This document shows, in pieces, positions 1 to 32,533 of a stretch of 64,000 nucleotides of DNA. The DNA lies in the NCBI GenBank assembly GCA_002269645.1, contig NIVC01000001.1, positions 1,488,001 through 1,552,000 on the forward strand, in the 5' to 3' direction. This DNA comes from Macrostomum lignano (taxonomy: Eukaryota). The notes under the pieces are model-generated. The model was not told where the DNA came from. It saw nothing but the letters and a program-made list of their open reading frames with translations, and did not search any database. Both the position numbers and the translations under genes were made by a program. The first letter of the stretch is position 1. Each line of letters begins with the position of its first letter.

Positions 1-178
1 AGATCAGAGATTGCAACCAAATAGATCAGAGATTGCAACCAAATAGATCAGAGATTGCAACCAAATAGATCAGAGATTGCAACCAAATAGATCAGAGATT
101 ACAACAAAGGGATTTGAGACTGCAACCAATGGATTTGAGACTGCAACCAATGGATTTGAGACTGCAACCAATGAATTT
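1..178 (+). repeat. Intronic minisatellites: 23-bp unit (AGATCAGAGATTGCAACCAAATA-like), then 21-bp unit (GGATTTGAGACTGCAACCAAT)
   Basis: Tandem copies are directly visible. The two units share TGCAACCAA. Confidence 0.9.
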
Positions 179-301
179 GAGATAGGTAAGCGCTTTAGAA
201 TCCAAGACATGAATAGTTTGAGATTGCGCAATCCCATTAGCGGTGGTGGCATTGATCCACACTACTGGGCCGAGATTGCGACAAGCGGACCGGCCACTCA
301 C

Positions 302-21261
<20,960 letters not shown>

Positions 21262-22369
21262 TGTCAGGGCGCAAAGTAGGCGGACAACAATGCTGATAAT
21301 TGAGCCTGGCTGTCTTAGCCGCGAGGCAATTTTAGCAGAAAGTTTTAGCATAAACTATTGCAATATGAATGAGATTTCTATTCCTTATTTAAATTGCTAG
21401 ATGCATTTTTTGTCTAACAAAAGGAGATCACCATGGTGGATTTTATTAAACTAACGAGTTTTTGAGCAAAGTTTAGTATTGAATGCATATATAGCCAGAT
21501 TAGAATAATTTACCAGAGAAACCTTCGCAGTTTGAAACTTGGAGTACATATTGATGAGTAATGATAATGATATTAGTTGGGTAATACAATGCAAATCAAT
21601 TTCATTCACATTGATAATCTCTTTCATTTATAGAAGCATTAAATAAAATAAATATATTATTTACTCTTATGGTTATTGTATATAGTTATTATATTATATG
21701 TTAATTTATACTATGTAAATTTATATTATTTTATTTTATTATATGTTATGTTATTATATTATTATATTAAATATAGTTATAGTAATAGTTCTTACTTAAT
21801 AATAAGTAAAAATGGTTGTTAATCAAGTTTACAGTTTGTGACTAAAATATAACTTACCTAAGCATAAAAAAGAATGTATATGGCATATATAAGACATCAG
21901 ACAGTCTAAATTAATAAGAAACTTATTATTAAGTTTTAAATACCTTTGCTTTACTTTAGTTTTGTGGAGTACTTAGGGTTTTCTTTGGGTTAAGACTTTT
22001 ACCAATGTTGTAGTTCTTGTTCCTTTACCTCTTCAATTTGAAGCCTTCTCTAGTAGTGTAGGTAGTTGCTGCCACAAGTCCCTTCAAGCCGCATTCTTTA
22101 TTAAGGTGAGGATCCTACCATAATAAAAAAGACAAGCAAACACAGCCTTCAGACAGATTTGTGATTTTAAATGACTAGTCAGCAGATCATGCTTCTTGAA
22201 GTTGCTTCTGACTTTTGCTTTGACATCTCAGAAACCCCCCCCCCATAATCTGTTATTCTCTGTGAGCCTTGATATCTCAGTAATTCTCTCCAGCATAGCA
22301 CTATAGCTTCATTTAATTTTTATATGACACTTCTTTCATGTCTGATATGAGGTTTTTTTTGATTTTTAC

Positions 22370-22770
22370 ATGACATTTCTTTGACTCTTCCATGATGCTT
22401 CTATGATTTTTTACATGATGCTTCTAGGATTTTTTCATGACACTTCTATGATTTTTACATGATGCTTCTATGATTGTTTACATGATGCTTCTATGATTTT
22501 ACATGACGCTTGTATGATTATTTACATGACGCTTCTATGATTTTTACATTATGCTTCTTTGATTTTTACATGACGCTTTTACGATTGTTTACATGATGCT
22601 TCTATGATTTTTTCATGATGCTTTTATGATTTTTTACATGATGCTTCTATGATTTTTTCATGATGCTTTTATGATTTTTACATGATGCTTCTAAGATTTT
22701 TTACATGACACTTCTATGATTTTTACATGACGCTTCTATGATGGTTTACATGACGCTTCTATGATTTTTA
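22370..22770 (+). repeat. Degenerate ~22-bp minisatellite (TTTTACATGAYRCTTCTATGAT)
   Basis: Tandem units with GACGCT, GATGCT and GACACT variants. Confidence 0.9.
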
Positions 22771-24846
22771 GTGGTCTTGGCATTAAAGAGCTTTAATTAA
22801 AAAAACTCCACTCTCTAAAAATTTGGACCATTGTCCCTGCATTTGGCAGTTCAGTCTGTTCCCCTCTAGGGTAGCTCTCATCATTCTGATAAAAAGAATT
22901 TTAGCAATTATATATAATTCAACAGTTTCAAAACTCCAAGCATAGAGTAAATCACACGAGGCAGTTATGACATAATCAATTTCTCAGTCAGTCAGTATCA
23001 GTTAATAATATGGTTAGGCAATCTAAATCAAGTCTGATGCTATGCTTCCACACTGCATTTTAAATATTGTGACACAATTTAAGTCAGAGTTACAATTCAG
23101 TTATGATGCAATCTACTTCAGAATCAGAATTCAACCAGTCAGTTTTTTCTCTAGCATTCTTACAATGCATTTCAAGTTGAAAAGTTTGCTTGACCTTTGC
23201 AAAAAAGCATGTTTTTCGAATATTTAATCCCTTTAGCATTGACCAATTTCTTAGCCAGAACACATGTACTGTCACGGGAAAATTTTTGATTGAACAGTGC
23301 AAGTCTCATAAAAATCGGTTAAGCTGTTTTTTCTCTAATCTATCACATTTTTAGTATATAAGGACAAAAATAAAATGGACAAACTTGATACTACCATATG
23401 CAATAATTACATAAAAGAGATAGAAAAAGATTTTAAAGATATTAAAGCTAGCCACTAGTAAAGCACCAGTGATTGAAAATGGAGTACAAAACACAAGGGC
23501 ACAAGAATAAAGCACAGAGCAAGGAACAAGCAAGCCAAAAAGGGAATTATGCCTAGCCATAGCCAACAGCTCAGAGTGAAGGCAAGGGAAACTACTGGCT
23601 AAAGTAAGAAAGATACCTAATAGTAATACTATAATAATAATTCTAGTAGCTTACTATATTTGGTTATGTATAATTTAGTTTTTTGTTATAGTAAAAATAT
23701 TTATTTTTGGTACTGTTCAAAGAAAAAATATTTTATAAGTCAATCAAGTAATTTTGTTTCGTTTTTCAATAGCTTCTTTAGTACTAGATAGTATTTGACA
23801 AAATCTATATGAAATTAAAAGAATTAATTTCTTAATGTAATAATATAAATGAAACAATATGACACAGTATATATTTTAGAGTTCCGCGGGAAGTTACAGA
23901 TATAGAGGTTCTTTGCAAAGCATACAGATATAGATATGGTTATGGGAACTCATACTTTATATATCAAGTTCTCATATCTAAAAATATCACTCAACTAAGA
24001 CTTTAAAAACTTAAGACTCAAGACCATTGGAGCTATTTGTTTGATGGGAGGTAGGGTAGCTAGTAAAAATAAATGAATGTTGCCAGTTTCAAAATGAGGG
24101 AAACTCTTAAGTCCCTGGAATTTAGGATCATGTATCAACATAGATGGCAATTAATGCTAGGCCTGTCTATCTCTATGTTGTAGTTAGGTTAGGGGCTAAA
24201 ATAAAGATGAATGTTTTCACTTTCAATTTGAAGGCCAAATAGAGCTCTTATGTTCATAGAATCAGGGATTCAAGCAACAAAGACAAAAAATATTTCACAA
24301 TATAAACATTTTGAGGTTACAATAGAAAGAAAGTTAAAGTTAAAAAATTTTTCACTTTCAATACAAAGGATGCTCTTAAGCCCCTAGGGTCAAGGATTCA
24401 AACAACACATTTTTAACACTGTATATATTGTGGTTGAGATGATAGCAGCTTAAGTTATAAGATAAAAAAAGCCAATAGGAAAGTATCAAAGAAGACTAGA
24501 TTGCTAGGAGGAAGGAGGGAAAAAGGAGAGAAAGGGCAGAAAAGAGAGGGTTATTTTAATTTTAATTTATTTTATATCTTATTTTAAAAAAAAATAGAAG
24601 AGAAGATTTTTGCCCTTGGCCTCAACTGTATACTTTGTCATCTTTGCAACTAGAGCAATAGTACTTTGTGTAAGCCCTAGCAGCATAGGGCAGCAGTTTC
24701 TAACCAGATGACATGGCCAGCTAGGCAAAGTTATTGCTTGCACAGCAGGTCAGAAGGCCAAATTAGGCGCACCCTTGTAAATAGTGTGGCATTGGTCTTG
24801 CTGCCTAGACTGATATGCACTCTAAATGCTCTATACAGTATGGCTA

Positions 24847-25466
24847 GGTTATGACCATTTCAGCAAAAAGTCCTTTTAGCAAAAGTCATTTTGGCAAAAT
24901 TCATTTTAGCAAAAAGTTTTCACAATGTTTAGAAGGCACTATATAGTTATAGTGTAATTTTCCTCTTTATCAGTTGTTCATTGTGGTTTTTTGAATATGT
25001 AAAAAAACATGTATTTACAGGCAAAAGAACTTAACTTTGATTTATAAAAATGTTTAGTGTAACACTAAATGAACGGCTTAGGGGCCTAATGTAGGTAAAA
25101 ATAGAAAACCTTAAAAATTAGACATATGCTTTAAGTATGGTTCAAGTGATTGAATGATTTAGAAAGTTTTAAGAGTGCAGTGCATACATACCAACCGATT
25201 GCACACCAAAGCCATCAATTGTCATTTATGTCACTTTAAAGTTTGAGCACTTGTTGCACACATTTGTTGTACACAATATTATTGAAAAATTCCCCAGATT
25301 GAATTTTATCTATCACTAGGAAAACATTTGTTTCATAGGGCCTAACAAACTTAAATTGCACTATTTTACACATATTATTAGGCTTTTTGCTAAAATGACT
25401 TTTTTAAATATGTTTTGGCGAAAGACCTTTTGCCAAAATGACTTTTTGCTAAAATGACTGGTACCC
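24847..25466. mobile_element. MITE-like element with repetitive inverted ends
   Basis: CATTTYAGCAAAAAGTC repeats at 24855-24920 and their reverse complements (GACTTTTTGCTAAAATG) at 25383-25460. No TSD identified. Confidence 0.4.
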
Positions 25467-28172
25467 GTAGCCATAGGGCTTCATGTTCAAAATCCAACTA
25501 TCTCTAAGTCTAAGGTGTCCATCAAGTTCAAGGTCTCGACTTTGTACAACAGTTATGGAAAGTTTACTAGCTACGAATATGGATATGAATATGGATAGGC
25601 TACTGGAAAATTTTTTAGATATGGCTACAGATATGGATAATGGGAAAAAATTGGTTTTAGAGCCAAGCCAAACTCTATTATATTTTATAGAATAAAATAA
25701 GTCTGCATTTAATGGATAACATCTAGCATAACCAATAAACTTATATTATTGCAAGTTTAGATCACTATATAATATTTAAAAAACAAAAAAACAAGGAAAA
25801 ATAGTCCAATTACTCAGAAAAAGTATCTAAAGAAAAAACTCTGCAAGTAAGTGCAACATTTAGCTTATTATTAGTAATTAATATCTTTAGATCCTCGATT
25901 AGCTAAAAACATAAATATCTTGACTCCCAACTTAACCAAATATTTCGAAAAAAACAAAATAAAGACACATCCCACAATGTTAGAATTAATGCGACGGACG
26001 GAAAACAACAAAACAGCAGCAGCAGTTGTCACACGTTGAGGAAACTGTCAAAAGTTGTATTTTAAGATGAAGCAACAAACTACGTAAAATATTTTAAAAT
26101 TAAATAAAACCTTTTGATATACTAACTTCTGTTTAAAATAAAAAGTATATATTTAAAGCATACTAAACTAATAACCTAATAATATTATTCTACTTTTGTT
26201 TTACCGAGTAAAAGAAATTAACGAAATTTCTCAGTGTTCTAAGTCCTTTTCATCAAAGAAAGAGCTGGAAATTTGGAAGTGTCAGCATTACTGAACTTAA
26301 ACTCAACAATTGTGGTACCGCTTTCGTAAAAGTCTAGCATTGTACTATTATACTAAGTGACTGGCTTTCCAAGCTAATCTATGAAATAATACATACGAGT
26401 AATTGCGAGCTAACCTGTGCATTCTGAAAGCATAATTTGGCACGTTACTTAAATATGGCGCATATTTAAATATTTTCTGACGACCGGGTCGGACCGTGTT
26501 ATTAAATAAGTATTCATTATTCTACTAGGCCTATTTTTTGTTACTATCGCAGCACAGAAGTTCTATGAGGTCGATAAGCCCACTTTCTGTTCCTATAGAT
26601 AGTAATTCTTAATGCTAGCTCCTAGGGCCTAATCTTCTTGTGGGCCTAGGCCTAGCCATACTGGATGGTTTGCTGTGATCGATTAGGCCTAAGCTAGCCT
26701 ACGCCCACGCCCTAGTATTTCCAATTGATTCGTGCCTCCAACATCATTTTGTACTTGTCTGTGTCAATCAATCCTAGTATTTCCTTGATCAGTTTACATT
26801 CTTATCAGTGCTAGGCCTAGGCCTAATTTAAACCTAAATTTTGTCAATAATAGAAATTTAAATTTTAAAGAGTTATAAATGAAAAAAAGTCAGCATTCCT
26901 TTGGTTTACAATCACCCCAAACAGTTACGATCACCTTAAACAGTGACAATCACCAAAAAAATAGTTGTAAGACATATAATTTGTAGTTTCCAAAAAAATT
27001 CCAATGAAAAAATTAAATGTTGGCAAACTGACTTTGTTTATTTCATAGGCCCTAAGATGGTAAGATTGTCATTGCACCTTATGCTTATATTTCACCTTTG
27101 GTTTACAATCACCCAAACGTATGTTGCCCATTGAAATAATCACAAACTGAAGCTAGCAGTAGGAAAACCTGTCAAACTAATTTCAACTGTCAAATTTCAA
27201 CTTTGTTTTATGATCACCCAAACATATGTTGCTTATTAAAATGAACGTGAACCAAAGCTGGCAACAAGAAAGTGTACTAAGGGCTGACATGTTTTTTATA
27301 GCCAGCTTTGATTCATGATCATTTCAATTGGAGTGCATGTATAGAAGCAATCAAAACTGAAAATGACAAGAGGTGTGGTGCTAAAGATTAATTATATTAA
27401 GTTAGGGTTGACATGCTTTTCTACAGCCAGCTTTGGATGATCGTAAACTGAAGGTGATATATATAAGCTACTAATAAACCAATGTTCAATCTTTTCAATT
27501 TTAAATAGGGGGGGGGGCTAAACAAAGCTAGTTGATCAGCCAACTTTTGTTTTCTTTTCATTTGAAACTATACTATTTTACCTCCTATTTTGAACAAAGT
27601 CTTGTTCAAAAGAAACAAACAGAAATTCAATTCAAACACTTTAAGAAATAACAGCCCTTGCAAAAATTCAATTCAAACAAAATCCTTTTCTATTGAAACA
27701 GAAGAACTTCAATTCAGACTGCCTGTGGCCAAAATTGTCTCTGAGTGACGCGCATGCACAGATTTGAAATTCAAAAGAAACAAATTTGCATTCTATTTTG
27801 ACAAAGGGATAAAACATAGCATATCAATGAACATAAGAATAAATTGAAAAACAGGAAAGACAGTATCAGTTAGCCAAATTAAGATACCTAACCATCAATT
27901 GCCTGTCTACTAAGGCATCAAAGGAAGCATGTAAACACATGGTTAAAACACTCAGTGCTCTTGTCCATAGAGATGCAGTCAATGGTTTTATCTATCATGT
28001 TATATAGAATGTCTTTGCCAATAGGCATATATTGTCATATATATAACACCACACAAGCCATTGTCATATACATAACTTTGTTAGCTAAGTTGTATTATAT
28101 TAGTAGTCATAAATCTAAGTGGCCATACTGTGTCTGAATATATACAACTAGGCCTATAAAGAATAGGTGGAT

Positions 28173-30300
28173 CAGTGGCAGATCTAGGATTCCTTTTTGG
28201 GAAAGGGGGTAGACAGGCAGACAAGGGATGCACTACTGCTAGAAGGGCACCATATGCACCTAGCACCTTAGTCTTTAGCTATATTCTTTACAATTTCCTT
28301 TATAATAATTATTGACATACAAAACAATATAAATTAAATGGCTAATTGACTTTATACAAAATGTAAATTTCTTGCTATGTGGTAGTTTAAGTTTGTCATT
28401 TAGCTGCAATGAAAGTAGCCTTAAGCCTAGGCATATAGCAAATCAGAAAAATGATTAAATAGCTAAGTCTCAAGTGATGTGTTTAGCACTGCTTGAATGT
28501 CAGCCAGAGGGACTTATTGTCATATTGACTATAAAATAGGCCTATGAATAGTTAGCTTTATTAAAAGTTGAGATTGCAATGCAAGCTTTTTTAACTTAGC
28601 TAGCTTTATAAAAAATTCATGGGCAGCTTGTAATGATAGCTAGTTATTAATAGCAAAAAGACGGATGCTTGCAAAAAGGGTAAAAATTCAAATAACAAAG
28701 TCTATGGTATGAGCCACTTCTACAAAATCAATCAATCACCTGATCCGCAGTCACTGCAACCTCAGGGTAGGTGTGCAATGTATAGAGCTAGGCTGACAAG
28801 TCTATCCTACAATTGAGACAGGTAAAGTTGCAGCAATTTTCAGCAGTGCAAAAATGTTAAGGAAAAATGTAGCAATACAGTTAGCCAGTGTCTCAATTGC
28901 AGTGTTGGCTGCAATCACAGATTTTGACCTTTTCTAAAGGCTTTTCCAGTAGGCAAACTCGCCCTTAACAACTGCATAGATGTCTACAAAGCTGCTGAAC
29001 TGCAACAGTGCTAGCTCAAAGTCTTTGACATTGTATAAATAGATGTACTTTGGAAGCAAACATGTTTACTGGAAAAAAAGCATCATGCTAGGCCTGGTCC
29101 CTAAAATGCTGCTAGAACTGAGACAGAATGTGTGTTAGGAATGGCTTGTACACATCAGCACAGAAGTGTTCTTCTGGCGTGTCTTTGCTAGCACCATGCC
29201 CCTGCTAACAGCCTCTACGATAGGGATATGCAGCTCTATGTCCGCTTTAGCTGCAGCTTTAGATGACTGACAACCAGATTTTTGAAGGCAATGCTGGCTT
29301 CTGCCTGCATCTTTTCTAGCGTGACATGCATGTTTTGATGTACTTGCTTACTTATAGTAGAGATCAATACTAACTTTCTGAAGCCTTGACCTGCGAGTAG
29401 GTGGTAGTTGATGCCCAACTTCTTGAGAAACTGAACAATGCAGTGGCGAGTGCTGAGCTGGACTGATTGGTCACATGAACAAATCTGAGAAAATCTTCCT
29501 TGAGAGTGCAGTCAGCATTAATGCACCAAGCAGCAAATGACATCTGCTTTTTTTGAAATGTCACATGTCTCATCTATGAGGACAGAAAAACATTTTGCTA
29601 CATTGACTTTGGTAGCTAGAGTTTCTTGAATCATGCAACTAGTGGCTTTGAGGAGCTCATTTTGAATTGTCTTGCTGATGTACATTGCATTTGCTGCTAA
29701 ATTCTTTTCTTTAAATGCTTCTCTAACGCTTCGTCATCAGCATCAATGTGAAACTGCAATAAAGCGCAAAAGTTGCCGCTGCCTAAACCATCAAATTGTT
29801 GTCACTTGTGTCAGTGTTGCCACTTGAATAGCCATTGTTGCGGTGACCACAAAGTGGATTTTTTTGTCTTCCACAGAGCAATAGCATCTTCACAATTGGC
29901 TGCAGTCAATTTCAATTCTCTGTTGCCTGTTGTTGCAGCACTTCGTCCAGCTGCTTCACCACATTGCTACAAGCTGCTACTTGAAGGTGGCCACGCGTTC
30001 CATAGCTTCTTGGTGATACGCTGTTGTAGCATGGGAGGTGACATAGCCATTGGCACAAAACATGGTTGTACCTACTCAAGGGCTTTGACACTAGGAAGCC
30101 AAGCTACTAGTTGTGTACATCCCCAGATGCTGGCCCAAAAAGTGCATAGAACCAATAGAAAAGCCCAGATTGAGCTTTTGAGAAGGCTAGAAAGCTGTGC
30201 TTCTGCAGGTGCTCATGTCTTAGATAGCGCTTTTCAGCCTTGCCCTTTACAATGCGCATGGAGTAAAGCATTGAGTAGTTGGCTAGTTAAATATAGTTTC
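28173..30300 (-). mobile_element. Decayed hAT-superfamily (DUF4371/ZMYM1-type) transposon
   Basis: Broken minus-strand translation: GNFCALLQFHIDADDEALEKHL..NAMYISKTIQNELL..KCFSVLIDETCDIS..QMS..EDFLRFVHV..KKLGINYHLLAGQG..EEHFCADVYKPFL. A hAT-like terminus CAGTGGCAGATCTAGG lies at 28173-28188; the other TIR was not found. Confidence 0.75.
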
Positions 30301-31588
30301 TTTATTTTATTCTATATTTTAACCTAGCTATGATTTAACCATGCTATTAATTATTTAAAAATTGCTAGGCTTACGTCTACATTAGTTTTAAACTTCTTAC
30401 TTTTTACATAGGCCTAAAATTATATATTTGTCTTTTGTAGACATTTTGACTTTTGTATTGTTCCTTAGCTTACAAAGCATAGGGCCTCTATTTTATCAAT
30501 TTAGTTAGTTAGTAGCAGGCTAGCAGCTAATGTCAAAATTGCACTACTACATGAAGAATACCAAATAACTTTGCCAACTTTTGACAGTTTATGCCAATTT
30601 GTGCATGTTTATTTTGGCATAGGTTTCAAGCACTGCCTTAAGTGGCACACTATACTGCATTGCACTGTGCTAAGTACCACCTCATAGAAAAAGAGCTGCA
30701 CCATAGGGTCATTTTGAAAACTAGCAACTTTTTTCAATAGGGTATTTTAGCATTTTTCTATAGCAGTTGATTAGTACCATTATGCTTTATGGAAAAATAT
30801 AGGCTGCCTAAAAATGTCATTATCTAATTACTTTCTATTTTTAGACTATTTGCAAAGTTGTGTAGGCTAATCAATAATTACTATATTAGTAAAGGTGTCC
30901 ATATAGAGATGGCTGTTAGATAAAATCAAAGAGCATTTGAAAATTTGGTATGAGGCTTAGTTTCTTAAATCCTAAGTTAAGAAACTTCTAGCAGTAAACC
31001 AACTAATAATCTTGCAGGCTCAAAGTTGTTTTTCATTGTCATTGACACTTAGCATCAAATTTAGTCCCACATAAACCAAGCTATGTGGAGTTATGCTTTT
31101 TTAAATGTAATTTAGCAAGCACTTAATATCCAAACAAAAATAGCCATTGAAATTCTTTAATAGTCTAGATAACTGGGTGAATGACAGAATAACCTCTAAT
31201 GTAGCTTACTTTAAATGGCAATGGTAAGTTTAAGTGGCAAGCTCTTCATAGAGATTAGGTTGAATTTGATCATAAACCATATTAAAACTGAGTTTAATCA
31301 AAGATATAACTTGTCATTTTTATTATCTACGCCTTTCTCTAAGCACTCTTGCTACTAGTATTTGCTTGGACAAAATTACCACAGGGATTTGGAAAGGTCC
31401 TTTTAGGCTAGGGGTCTTAACTAGCTATATGGCTCATCTTGGCCACAACTGGCTGCAGTGTCAGTGCGAACTTCCAGGTGGTTCATTTACCAATCTCATT
31501 CTCAATGCAATCAGTGCATTCATAACCTCAAAAGGATCATCTTTTATTTGTGCCCAGTTACAAAAAGTTCTAATTGGTTTGTCCCTAA

Positions 31589-32052
31589 ACCATTTCAGCC
31601 ATGGACATTTCACTCCCCCAATTGTTTTGTTCATCAACCATTTCAGCCATGGACATTTCACTCCCCCAATTGTTTTGTTCATCAACCATTTCAGCCATGG
31701 ACATTTCACTCCCCCAATTGTTTTGTTCATCAACCATTTCAGCCAAGGACATTTCACTCCCCCAATTGTTTTGTTCATCAACCATTTCAGCCATGGACAT
31801 TTCACTCCCCCAATTGTTTTGTTCATCAACCATTTCAGCCATGGACATTTCACTCCCCCAATTGTTTTGTTCATCAACCATTTCAGCCATGGACATTTCA
31901 CTCCCCAATTGTTTTGTTCATCAACCATTTCAGCCATGGACATTTCACTCCCCCAATTGTTTTGTTCATCAACCATTTCAGCCATGGACATTTCACTCCC
32001 CCAATTGTTTTGTTCATCAACCATTTCAGCCATGGACATTTCACTCCCCCAA
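31589..32052 (+). repeat. 48-bp minisatellite AACCATTTCAGCCATGGACATTTCACTCCCCCAATTGTTTTGTTCATC
   Basis: About 9.5 near-perfect units. Confidence 0.96.
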
Positions 32053-32533
32053 TTCTAACCATAGAAAAAGAATTAAGTTGGGTTAGGTATTAGGTTATAT
32101 TTGGAGCTCTGTTCAATGCTTATTTTTTATTAACTTGAACTGAAATATATTAAATGTAAATGCTATGACAGAAGAGATTACAATTTGGCGCTCATGTAAG
32201 CATTGGTAAGGATTGTGTTTTTTTAAGAAAAAGTAAAAAAAATGAATTAACTAACATTCGCCAGCTTGGCAGTAGATGTGGCCAAACTGGTTGACGACCG
32301 AACCAAATTGGCTTGGGGGGGGGGGGGCAAAAGGGTCAGAGCGAATTGTCGAATTGAATTGGTTTAGGGGTTGAAACTACCGGTTACTGTTACAACAAGG
32401 GCACAATTGATGAAACTTAGACTCGCGACCATGTGAACAAAATATTTGTGCCGAAGATCCTACTGATACAAGTAGACACTTAAGCTAAATCAAATGCGCG
32501 CGATTACTTTAAACTGGCAATTGCCAATTTCAG

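Noticed and set aside
29773-30327. 184-aa plus-strand ORF
   Set aside because: It is the antisense shadow of the decayed hAT transposase.
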